A stretch of 63,741 nucleotides of DNA, filler included, from Folioceros fuciformis (lineage: Eukaryota), in assembly GCA_049999805.1 (NCBI GenBank). It is 8 parts of 8 records of this genome, joined end to end, with 100 filler letters (N's around TTAATTAATTAA, not from the genome) between each part and the next. Parts side by side here need not be neighbours in the genome. Positions count along the whole stretch, not along the records: positions 7,695 to 20,243 come from JBNGIO010004344.1; positions 20,344 to 44,438 come from JBNGIO010004345.1; 6 more parts are not named here. One strand, given 5' to 3'. Of this stretch, positions 10,430 through 21,970 are shown in pieces. A program made the translations under genes and the position numbers. Under the pieces are notes generated by a model that saw only the letters and a program-made list of their open reading frames with translations, did not search any database and was not told the DNA's origin. Numbering within the stretch: the first letter of the stretch is position 1; the number at the start of each line of letters is the position of its first letter.

Positions 10430-13400
10430 CTCTCTTCCCCTCTATGATCCTCTCCTTTCCCTTAGATCATCTGCAATCCTTCAAAGACCCCAGCGTCTTC
10501 AGATCCTTCCCTCCATTCTGCTGGCCAAGGCCCATGACCCAGCAGAGCTACTCATCTAGTGCCCCTGAGTGGGCACCTTGTAAGCTTGGTACTCGAAGCG
10601 ACAATCCACCATCTCTGCCAACATAACTATCACTAGGCTTCCCACCCGCTAGCAACATGCCTGTACTAGGCTTTCTGTCTGGATGGGGCAGTTTGTAGGT
10701 CCCTCAGCTTTGTCTACACGCATTGACCTAGCGGGCTGCGCCCCCAACCTTTGTCCACACCACCGTAGCCTCCCTGCTCAAAGCATGACTCGAGCCGGAG
10801 CCAGACTCGAGCTGCTTCCCCTCCACCTTGTCCCTGAATCCCCAACTTCTAGCCCCGCCTCCCAGGACCCGGCAGCCTTGCCCGGCTGCCTAACCGTCCT
10901 GCAGCATGGCTGCGCCGCCGCCGCCTTGCCATCTGCTTAGGCTAGCCAACCACTTGGATCCAGTCCGCCTGCTTAGATCCCGATCTAGGCCTCTTGGTGC
11001 CTTCTAGCCAGCCAACCTACCAAACGCGATCCCGGCCAGCCTGCCATGGTTGCTTGGATCCTGCCATCCCGGCCCCATCCAGCCTTAGCGATCCGGCCAG
11101 GCTTGGATTGGCCTGCCAGCCAATGGATCGGCCCAGCTATCTGGCTGAATTTCCCTGCAGCCGGTCTACTCGTCGACCAACCAGGTTGCCCGCAAGCTGG
11201 CCTGCTCTACCCGACCTCGACCAGCCTACCTGCCTCCACCGGATCCTGCCCCCTACAGCCAGCTGCCTGTCTGGTTTCAATTCGCTTGCACCAGCCTGGA
11301 TGCGCGAACCCCTGTTTGCCTGGATCTAGCCACCTTCGACCCAGACTCTGGCCGCCTCCTGGATCTGGCAGCCTTGCCTGGCTGCCTGGCCGGGTTTGGC
11401 TGCCCGCTCCTCAACCAACCGATGCTAGGCCAGCCACTTGCTAGGATTCCCCCCCGGCATGGACCTCCCCCAGCCGGCCACCGGCTAGCCGCCAACCGCC
11501 CAGCGGCTGTTTGGCCCTAGCTCGACCAGCCGCAGCCAGCCTGCCATCTGATCCAGCTAAGGGGCCGCCTGAGCCCGCTAGCCAGCCGCCGTAGCCCATA
11601 TCAGGCTCCCAACCTGCCACCCTTGCGGATCCGGCTAACCCGCTGCCACGCAGCTTGCCTCAGCCCTGCCTCGGCCTACCATGCCCAGAGCGCCTCGCCG
11701 ACAGCCCGCCTCCAGCGTCCCGCCAGGCCGACCACACCCACCTGGCCTGCCTACGCTGTTGGTCCGAATCCGGCCAGCCCGCCAGCCGCCAGCCTTCCTG
11801 GCTTTGGCCTAGCTCCGCCGACCTCCTACTACCCAGGCCAGGTTGGGTTGTTTGGCCATCCGGACAGCATCTGCCTGGATCTGGCAGCCTTGCCTGGCTA
11901 CCTGGCCATGCTCCAGCCAGCGCTCCAGCAGCTTGTCTGCCTTCCAGATCCGGCTAGCCAGCCAGCCTGGCTGCCTAGCGCAGCTAACGCTGCTGGGCTG
12001 CATAGAACGNNNNNNNNNNNNNNNNNNNNNNNNNNNNNNNNNNNNNNNNNNNNNNNNNNNNNNNNNNNNNNNNNNNNNNNNNNNNNNNNNNNNNNNNNNN
12101 NNNNNNNNNGCTAGGCTCCTTAGAAGCCCGCTAGACCACCAGCTGGCCACCGGTCTGCCATAGACTGCCCCGGGGACCTGCCACAGCCCCTCGGAGCGCC
12201 TTGCCCCCATCTGGCCTACCTCTACCGCTGCAGGGCTGCTTGCCTGCTGCCTAGCCGTCCTGCAGCCTGGCTGCAAGATCGGCCAGCCACAGCCCGCTAG
12301 GATTCGGCGCCGCCCCTGGCTTGCCTGGGCTGCCGGCCTGCTTGGTAACCTCCGGATCCAGCCCCAGTCCCGACCAGCCTGGATCTGCCCCGGCTGCCTG
12401 CAGGCCGGGGGACTGCCTGGCTTTGAGATCCGACCAGCTTGCCAGGTTTGCCTACCAACCGGCAAGTCTCCCACCGGCTGCTACCGCCGGCTGCTCACCT
12501 GCAGCCGCGCCGCTACTGGCCCGGCCGTCCTCCAAGCCTTGCCAGGCCGCCTCCAGCTGCAACCAATCAGCCAACTCGGCTAGCCTGCTAGCCTCCTAGT
12601 GGCCACCTCGCCGATTCGCCCAGGCTTTCCCCTGCCAGGACCCCTTCCAACCAGCCGCCATCCGCCAGCCCCGAGCACCCAGCCAGGCCGCCTGCACCCC
12701 GGTTGGCCAACTCCCCTAGGCAGACCGCCCATCCGGTCGACCAACCTGCCTACCGGCCTAGTACTCCCGCGGATCCAGCGCCGCCGCCTGGCTCCTCCAT
12801 CCCCAGAGGCCGCAAACCGGCCTCTTGCCTTCTGGATCTGGTAGGCAGCCAGCCTACCGATCCAACACTCCCTCCGGCCAGGACTTCCCCCAACCCGCTG
12901 GTTGCCTAGTCGGATCTACCCTCTGGCCAAAACCACACACCACCCTGTCCCTACTGCCGCTGCGAGGCTGCCTTCTTGTAGTGGCTGGCGGCCTGCAACC
13001 ATGCCAGGCTGCCTGCTTGCAGCCAGACCAAGCTGCTCGTCTGCAGCCGGTACTGGGCTGCTTGCTTGCAGCCGTCTGGGAGGATCCGCGCCGCCACCTG
13101 CCTGCTAGACCCCGCCGGGTCCTCAGCCAGGCCCCAGCCTGCTACACAGCGCCGCCTCTTGCCCGACTTGCCGCCCGCTCACCATGACCCAAGCCAGCAG
13201 CCCTAATCGCGGCCACTGGCACTGACCTTGCCTTCAGACATCTGATGGGGTCCACACTGCCCCCTCTTCCAACTTCCGCCAGCTGTACAGCATGGCTAGC
13301 CGAACCGCCGGCCCGTCGCTAGTCCGACTACCCTCCTAGCTGCCTGCCAGCATCCTGGCCAGTCCCCATGCTGCCGACAGGCCGCCAGCTGACCATAGTC

Positions 13401-14094
13401 CAGCTAGCCGACCAGACTGCTCAAGCCCTTGCAGCCCGCCTTCGCCTCCAATCTTCAGCCTTGACCAGCCGGCCAGCCGTTGCTGGCTCCAAGCCTCAGC
13501 CAGGCAGCGAGCCTAGCTACCCGCCGTAGGCCTCCCTCCTACTACCCTGCTTGGAGCCATCTTGTGGTCACCCGGCCTATTGAATCCAGCCGAGGCTTGC
13601 AACCACCGATCAGCCAGCCTGTCGGGAGCCCCACAGCAACAGGTTGGCCCGCCTGCCGACCAGGATCCGGCCAAGCCTGGACCTACTCCTGGCCTATCCA
13701 GCTGCCTGCTCTCAGGATCCTCAGCCCCCCCGGCGCACCTCAGCAAGGCCATGGCAAGTCTAAGCACGCCACCCCCATGCCTATGCCCAACCGCCTTCCG
13801 CACACTCCCGAGGCCCCAACTCACCCTCACACGCCCGACTTAAGGTTCCACACACGCCGGCGTCCCTCTCCACGGGCACACCCTACCCCCTACTTCACAT
13901 TTTCCACGGCCACGGGTTAGCTAGACGATTGTTGACTTTCTAAACTGCACCACCACTATCTCCTTATCATCCTATTTAATCTAGCCTTATCTAACAAGTT
14001 TCCTAATTACCTCTCCAAGGACTTCTATCAAAACTCCAAAAAAAACAAATACCACCCATTTTCTAAGAGGCCTATCTACCATGTGGTCTCCACA

Positions 14095-14107
14095 TACTCC
14101 CCTTCTC
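14095..14107 (-). promoter_or_regulatory. Internal polypurine tract just downstream of the integrase stop
   Basis: Minus strand GAGAAGGGGAGTA followed by TGTGGAG; same motif at 54540-54551 (+). Confidence 0.7.
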
Positions 14108-14128
14108 ATTTGTTGGCGTCCTCGCCAA

Positions 14129-17100
14129 CTACTGATAATACTTCTTCACACGCCAGCCATTAACCATGGTTGGCAAGTTAGGGCCGTTGAGGTGCTGCAG
14201 TTGAATGGACCCATTCTCATACACCTCCAGCACCCTGTAAGGTCCCATCCATCTCAAGTGCAGCTTACCTGGAAAGTGCATGTACCTATTGTCATATAAC
14301 AAGGCTAAATCTCCAGGCACAACATTCTCTTGTTTACGCAACTTCTGGTCGTGCCACTTCTTCCTCCTCTCCTGAACATCAAGGAAAACAGCCAAGGCCC
14401 GTTCCCTATCCTCATCATGTTGCACAAAACTGGTTAGCGTCTCCAGTTGGCTCTCCTCCACGGGCAATCGATTGCCCCCCTGCATTCTCAAGGTGGGTAC
14501 CTCAAATTCGATGGGCATGATTGGTGAGTGTCCATAGGTGAGGTAATAGGGGGTCTGCTGGGTAGTAACCTTCTCAGTAGTCCTATACGCCCACAAGGCT
14601 GAATGGAGCTTCCTATCCCAGTCATGAGCATAGGTGATGGTGAGGTTGCTGAGAATCTTGCACAACAGCCCGTTAGCCTTCTCCGTGAGTCCATTGGCCT
14701 TAGGGTTGTAGGGATTGGTCTTCCTATGACTGATATTGAAATATTCAGTCATGTGCTTGACCACTTCATTGATGAAGTGAGTCCCCCTATCACTCACCAG
14801 CTCCAACGGGCATCCATACCTCGTGATGATCTGCTCAAACAAAAATCTGGCCACCACATTTGTTGTGTCCACAGGCAAAGCCTGAGCCTCCACCATGCGT
14901 GTGCAGTAGTCGGTTGCCACCAGGATGTATTGGTTCTGCCTTCCCTTGGACTTGGGCTGAATTGGTCCTACAAAATCAATCCCCCACTTCTCAAATGGTG
15001 TTAGGGCTAGGATGGGGACTAATGGCCATTGTGTTGTCCAGGTAGGCTTCCCCACCCTTTGGCATGCATCACACCTCTTGATGAATTCCCCAGCATCAGC
15101 ATGCATTGTTGGCCACCAATACCCTGCTGCCAGAATTTTTTCTGCAAGTCACATGGGCTGCATAATGACCTCCAGCCTCTCCCTCATGCAAGGAGCTGAT
15201 AACCTGCTCCACTTGGTCATGGTTGACCCACAAACGCTCCACTCCATCAGCTCCTGTGCGATACAACTTGCCCTTATGCTTAACTACCAGCCTCGTGAAA
15301 TAAAGGAACAGCCGTTGCTGCTGCCGTGAGAGATGAGGTGGAAATTCCCCCGTGCCTAAAAAATCAAATACCTATTGGTAAGACGGTTTGCGGACCCCTC
15401 TTCTCCCCTTCTCATTCGGCGCCACACCTCCATCTCTTGACAGCTTAGCATTTGGTTTGGCCCTTTCCTTCCCAACTAGCTCTGCTGAAAACGCCTCATC
15501 CGGAAAGTCATCTTCCTGGTCCTCAACTACTTTCTCTGTCTTCAGCCTTGACAGGAAATCAGCATTCACATGTCTGCGCCCTTCTCTTGTTTCCACAGTG
15601 AATGTGAACTCTTGTAGGAGCAAAATCCAACGGGCTATCCGGCCTGATAGATCTGCCTTGTTGACCAAGTGCTTGAGAGCAAAATGATCAACATGGAAGA
15701 CAAACTCATAGGAGAGGAGGTAATGACGAAATTTACGACATGAGTAGACCATGCCAAGTGCCTCCCTCTCGGTTGTGGTGTACTTGCGCTCAGCCTCCGT
15801 GAGTTGGCGTCCAGCATAATAGATTGGGTAGTCCCTCCCCTTCTCATCCCGCTGGCTTAGGACTGTCCCAATGGCAAATGTTGACACATCCACGTACAAA
15901 TGGAATTTCCTGTCCCAATCAGGCCCCTTGAGGGTTGGTGCTGTCACCAAAGTGGTCCTCAAGTCCTGAAATGCAACCTCCCTCTTCGCTGTCCATTCCC
16001 AAGATTGTTCCTTCCTCAATAGGCCTGTCAAAGGAGCAGCCCGTCTAGCAAAATTGGGCACAAAACGGCGATAGTAACCCACCATTCCAAGGAAACCACG
16101 CAGCTCCTTAAGTGTGGTTGGGGCCCTCAAAGCAGCAATCACCTTCACCTTATCCAGGTCCACTTCAATGCCTCGTGCTGAAATTCTATGACCCAGCAAG
16201 ATCCCTTCAGCCATGCCAAAATAGCAGTTCTCCGGATGCAAACAAAGTCGTGTGTCATGACACCTGGCCAAGCATAGTCTTAGGTGCTCCAGATGTTGCT
16301 CCACTCCTCCAGACACGCAAAAGTCATCTATGAACACCTCCAGGAAGTTGTGGAGGAAATCCTTAAAGATCTTGTACATGCTGCGCATAAAAGACCCCGG
16401 TGCTCCTGTCAGCCCAAATGCACTCCTCTTGTAGGCAAATGTTCCCTAATCAATTGTGAAGGCTGTCAATGGCCAATCACTCTCCCTTAGGGACAGTTGA
16501 TTGTAATTGGAGTAGCCATCCAAAAAGGAGTACGTCATGCAGCCAGCCACCAAATCCAGGATGTTGTCAATGAATGGTAAGGGGAAATGATCCTTCTTGG
16601 TGGCCTTGTTCAGCCTCCTCCAGTCTTGGCACACCCAAATCTTACCAGGCTGTTTCTTGGGCACCACCACGATTGGGGCCACCCACTCTGAATTCACAAT
16701 GGGAAAAATCACATATGCCTTCAAGTACTGCTCCAGCTGTTCCTTTACCTTCATGGAGTACTTTGGATTCAGCTTGTATTGTGGAATTCGGATGGGGACA
16801 GCTCCTGGTTCCAAGTCAATCTTGTGCTCCCCCCATTCTTTGGGAATTCCCTTCATGTCCGTCACCTCAAAGGCAAACACATCAATGAACTCAGCCAAGA
16901 GTTGCTTCATCCCCTCCTCCAATGTGGCATCCAGCTGTTTTGCAAACTTCAGCACTTTGCCTGGCAGTACCTCCACATCCTTGATTTCATCAGCCTGCAC
17001 CCATTCATGCTCCACTGGTGCTGAGCTGACTCCAAACCCCTCCTCCGGCTCCCGGGGATCTTCCTTCTGTTAAGCATGATTAATGTTCAGATTAATTAGT

Positions 17101-18835
17101 GCTAATCCATCTTATTGAGTTTGTACTAATTAGTGGTAAGAGTGATTAAGGTTATGATTAATATATATATATAGCTTATTAGACTTTGCTATGTTAGGCA
17201 AAAGAAGTATTGTAGGGTTTGGTTGGGGTCATTTATCCCATATTGGGCACGAAATGAGAGTGCCACCCATAGGTCCATAAAAGAAGGGATGAACCCACTT
17301 AGTATATGTAGTCTAACTCTCTCTTCACTTGTATTGTGTTGTTTTTGTAATTCTCCTTTTTATTTGAGTTTAAGAGCCTTGTTATAGTGCTCTTAGTTTT
17401 GGGATTCTGCATCTTGCTTCAACTAACTTGTTTTAACCTCCTTTGAGCATGGCGGGGGTGACATCTCAACACCTTCCTCATTCCCCATTCTCTGAATAAG
17501 TCCTCGGAGGTGAACATTGTGACCCCCGAATCATCACCACCAGGTCCATCAGCCCTTGGGTCACAGCCCCCTTCCATCAGCTCCCCTTCTTTCACACCGT
17601 CCTTGGCACGCGAACCCCCCTCCTGGACCTTCCCTTCAGTGACCTCACCAGCTTGCTCATCCACGGTTGCTCCTTTAGCCCCTACCATAGCGCAGTCTAG
17701 GGTGATTCCAAAACACTCCACCCGATTCAGGGAATAAGGAATGTCCCTCCGGTAGTCCTCCTCTTCATCTGACCATGAGATGTGAGAAAAGGGGAACTTG
17801 TCCTCCCCTTCCCCCTCCTCCGATTCAGATGTGTCTCCTACGGACGTATACCCCTCCGTTTCCGTGGGGGTCTCACCAAGATAGACGTCCAGGCTCCAAC
17901 TCAAGCAAATCCTGCCCTCCTTTGTCTTGGGGTCCCATTCCGGTGGTTTGAAGCCCACTTCCTTCCTCCCCCATGATAGCCTGCACCTTGAGTCAGTCAA
18001 CCAAGTCCTGCCCAGCAAGATGTCATAGCCCGGTGCCTTGTGCTGAATAACCACAAAATCGAGGAGGTAGGGAATGGTCCCTATGGTTGTGGTCACCCCC
18101 CTCAGCTCCCCCACCGGCTGCATCCTGAACATATCAGCCAGCCTCAAGACCTTGGTTGTGGGCTCCACCCCCAACCTGAGCTTCTTGGCAGTCTCCTCCG
18201 TCATGATATTCACTCCTGAACCCGTGTCCAACGGAACCCTCTTAATCATGCAGCCCGCAATCTCCACCTGCAACTCGGCCGGCCCTTGGTCCACCATGGA
18301 CACCATGTTGACCATAGGGGTTGACACCCTTGGCCTTGATTTAGGCAGCCTCTTCTTCTTCTTTGGTTGGGCTTCCTGCAAGGCCTTCCGGACTTGCTGC
18401 CGGTATTTGGGGTTGTCCCTCAAGAGCTGGCCAAAGGTGACAACGAATTGCTGATCCATGATGGCTCCAGCCAAGTCGAATGGCTTCTGGACAGCCCCGG
18501 CTGTGCTTTTAGTCACTGCTGCCACCTCCCTAGGTGGCTCACTTGCAGCCACAGGTCCTACCACCTTTGCTGCCTTATCCAGCTCCTCCTGGATCATGTC
18601 CATGACCTCTCCCCGTACATCTGGTGGAAATTCCAGGTTCCCCTCCTTTGCTGGAGCTACTTCCTTTTCAGCCCTTAATTTTTCCCTCTCAGAGATTTGT
18701 CCCCCCTTGTCTCCATCCTCATGGCCTGACCCTTCCACGTGTGGAGTGCTCTTCCCTTCCTCCTCCGATCTTGTAGTGGATTCAGCTTCCTTCCTTCTCT
18801 TCTTAGCACTCCGTTGCTTCCCTCTCTTCCTTCCA
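14129..18835 (-). pseudogene. Gag-linker/Pol polyprotein pseudogene (protease LDTGS, RT, RNase H, integrase)
   Basis: ORFs 17419-18945, 16446-17015, 15372-16388, 14129-15106; disrupted by stops, frameshifts and a solo LTR. Confidence 0.92.
17068..17471. mobile_element. Solo LTR (404 bp) with 5-bp target-site duplication CCTTC
   Basis: CCTTC|TGTTAAG...CTCAACA|CCTTC; removing it restores the pol reading frame. Confidence 0.9.
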
Positions 18836-19052
18836 CTTGGAAAATTACAGACTAGGATCGATAGATTGCACGATTGCAGAAAAGAATTGATTAGATTGTT
18901 CGTGGCCAGGATTGGCCTTAAGCCAAGAAGTTTGCTCCGGTTCACAGTGTTGTGAACGGTGGTGACGATTAGTTAGGTTACGACCCTCTATCAGGTCGTG
19001 ACTCCTATGAAACGCCGAGGCGTTTCATATCTCAGCATTTTGCCCTAATACA

Positions 19053-19087
<35 letters not shown>
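18836..19087 (+). mobile_element. Putative 3' end of a non-LTR retroelement (two stem-loops and a (TAAA)n tail)
   Basis: Abrupt junction with gag-pol at ~18835; hairpins 18979-19000 and 19006-19029; (TAAA)n 19053-19087. Confidence 0.4.
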
Positions 19088-19714
19088 GGCTGGCTACTTA
19101 AATGCTACCTATATATATACATTTTTCCTACTCCCAATTAGCCAGATCTTCGTTTGATTTTTCATTACTTCGACTTGCCGCTAGGTTTAGCTTCCCCCTT
19201 ACGGCTGCCGTCATGGATTCCGCCGCCGATGGCCAGGTTCTGGTTGCTTGCGTGTTGTTGTTGGCTGGCGTGCTGATTTTTCTTGCACTCCATCAGCAGA
19301 TACTTGCTCCTTGTGCATTGAGTTCGCAGAATTGCACAGCGCTGAGGCTGAACTGGAGATAGCCCACGCTCGCTGGAGCGGCTGCAGGGATTTTCCTCGC
19401 CTGGCACCAGATGCGTCATTCAGAATGCTTCCAAATTGCGTGGACTGCTTCTTGTACGCCGGGTCAGACTTTACAAAAGAAGGGTGGCTCATCATTCACT
19501 ATGGTGAGGCCACAGGCTTCTGTGAGATTCTTTCTCACTGCTGGCTGTCCATTCTCTGTGCTGACCCGCTCCTGCCTTGCGCAGAACCCTGGTACAGGTG
19601 CTCCGTTATAATGCCAACTCGCCGCTTCAAGGGCAACTAGTCTTGGAGGTCTGAAGGCCTGCATGAAGATTGTGCATGTGCTGACCTTGTGGGAGTGTTT
19701 TTTTGTTTTTGACA

Positions 19715-20243
19715 CTAATTTCCTTCTACCAGACCCAGATCCCTACAGAATTTGTCATGCTTGTCCTTTGCTAAGGCTTTGGTTAGCAGGTCTAACACAT
19801 TATCGTTGGTTGGCACATATTGCAAGGTTGCATGCCCATTGCTAATCACCTGTCTAATAAAATGGTGCTTCACCTCAATATGCTTAGTTCTTGCATGCAT
19901 AATAGGGTTTTGCGCTAATGCTATTGCTGACTGATTGTCACACAAGAGCAGAGTAGGTGCATTCTGGGTTTCACCTAAAGAGGAGAGCAGCTCCCTTGCG
20001 TAGACTATGTCTTGAGGAGCAGTAGCTGTAGAAGTGTACTCTGCTTCAGTAGATGAGAGGGCCACGACCTGCTGTTTCTTGGAGTACCAAGAAATGACTG
20101 TAGCATCATACTCATGTGCTTCCAGCAGCAGGTAATTGGCCGATATTGATCAGCGAGTGTCGGCATCGGCTGCCCAGTCTGCGTCACAGAAGCTCGTCAG
20201 CAGCAGGTTCTTGGGCCTCTGCTTGTACAACAGGCCAAGTCTT
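19715..20243 (-). mobile_element. Ty1/copia RNase H fragment
   Basis: DADWAAD, VALSSTEAEY, CDNQSAIALAQNP, HARTKHIEVKHHFIR. Confidence 0.92.
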
Positions 20244-21970
20244 NNNNNNNNNNNNNNNNNNNNNNNNNNNNNNNNNNNNNNNNNNNNTTAATTAATTAAN
20301 NNNNNNNNNNNNNNNNNNNNNNNNNNNNNNNNNNNNNNNNNNNGGTGCCTTTAGTGCAGGCCTCTTTCCCACGTAGCCATAGGGTAATTATTTTGTTGTC
20401 CTCTCCTAACAACTCTTACTACATCGAGGTTTTTCAACCTAAGGTGGCTTTATAAGGGTGGTTGCCTTTAGTAGTCTAAATCCTCACTACTAGCCAGTCA
20501 TTCAATTGGGCATGAGGGTCTATCGATGTAAAAGGCAAAATCATAAGGGGTTGTACCTCTTTCCTAAGTGAAACAACTACCTATTTGGTTCTTAGGCACT
20601 CGGNNNNNNNNNNCTTCTTTCCCTTAAGCAATTGGTTGTAATATAGTTAAATGTGGAGTAGCAAAGACGTGAACCTCAAGGGAGGTAGTTGCTCCTTATG
20701 CGACTCTACCTAAATCATATGAGCTATGAATGATGCAAGCCTAGTGTCTCTTGCCCCTCTACATCTAATGCACTTGGAACAGAAAGCTATGGTAAAGTGG
20801 TCTATCTTAGTCACAAGGATGATTGGATTAGCAACTTTATGACTACTTGCACCTCGGGATGATTGTCACTAGCCATCAACTTGCCACCTTATGTGTGTTG
20901 AATTGAAGAAACATTACTATTGCCTTTGCTGCCTTCACCACTGCCTTGTCACAAGAAAAGAACAACACCACACCTCCCTTTCTTATTATTAGACGAGGGT
21001 AGACCTCTCACAACATTTCCATTGTATAGGATTGGAGGGCATGGTCATGAGACAAGTCTTCCTATGAGTGCAGGCTAGCATATTACAACTATACTCACGG
21101 CCAATTGTGATGGAGTCGAAGGCCCACATAGACATGAACACCTCTATGTGCCATTCGTTTATAAGCTTGCTAGCCCTTATACTCTATGTGCATCCACAAG
21201 CTACATGGTTGTAACACTTTAGTAATATTCTTTTGTATCATCTTTGCAAGGGAGAAGGAAAAGGAAAGTATTTCGAGAGAAGAGGTTTCCACATACTTAT
21301 GCTCCCTTGCTCATTGTAGTACATGCTTTGCTCATTGGACCACCAAGGTTCACTTAACACCCTTACCACTCCTCGGACTCCAATACGCTTTTGCGGACTC
21401 TAATGAAGTTTCTCGTATGCTTGCTAAGGGTGTTGCTTCTTTTTTATCACACATACTTATTAATCCTTATCGAAAAAAGAAAAAAAAACTAGGACCATTA
21501 TTAGGCTTACATAATACCTTAGGATTTTCCTATAAGCTATGTATAATTTTGCACATGCTAAATATCATTAGGTGATCACGCCTTTGAAAGACTATGGATA
21601 GAAGCGCTTGGGAACCAAAGCGATTCAAGATAGTCAATCAAAATTTGGAGCTCTTTTAGGTGCAATATTTTTTAGATTGAGTAAGCTCTTAACAAACCAT
21701 GTACATGTACCCAGCTGAATACGCATGACTAGCGAGAAGAAGACGTTGATAGCAGTGGACCGGCGCGTTTGGATTCTTTGTCCCAAAAGTGTTCCATAAC
21801 TTGTGCGTTTTGACCTAGCCCTCCTGGGCCGAGTGAGCAGAAACAAGCAAGCTGCCTGTTACAGCTGAAGGCCATGCAATTTTGGCCTACTGCGCGGGGA
21901 AATGAAACTAGCGGGGACGTAAGTTGCTTGGCGACCTTGATCGTCTGCCGACCTCGGTTTCCCGCGCAGC

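Larger units (their letters stand above)
9390..18835 (-). mobile_element. Athila-like Ty3/gypsy LTR retrotransposon (family A copy 2), 5'-truncated: PR-RT-RH-INT, internal PPT, spacer, PPT, 3' LTR
   Basis: Domain order PR, RT, RH, INT; Athila-type motifs KDHFPLPFID, FLEVFIDDF, FPGKLHLRWMGPY, VNGWRVKKYY; LTR at 9390-10429. Confidence 0.9.

Noticed and set aside
10683-13920. Many Pro/Ala-rich ORFs in the ORF track
   Set aside because: Short, overlapping in all frames and explained by GC-rich low complexity
9390-14094. Single giant 4.7-kb LTR (perfect TGTGGAG/CTCCACA ends)
   Set aside because: A second PPT+TG at 10429-10443, mirrored at 4891-4906, defines a ~1.0-1.25-kb LTR; the double-PPT model fits better
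19000-19040. Hammerhead ribozyme (CTGAGATATGAAAC...GTT on minus)
   Set aside because: The CUGANGA core is incomplete, there is no stem II and stem I pairs poorly
19212-19640. Small plus-strand ORF with a hydrophobic N-terminus next to copia RNase H
   Set aside because: Frameshifted, no recognisable motif; resemblance to 48727-48990 is too weak
20344-21600. Degenerate sequence upstream of SLY1
   Set aside because: Probably an old TE relic, but no motif or terminus could be supported
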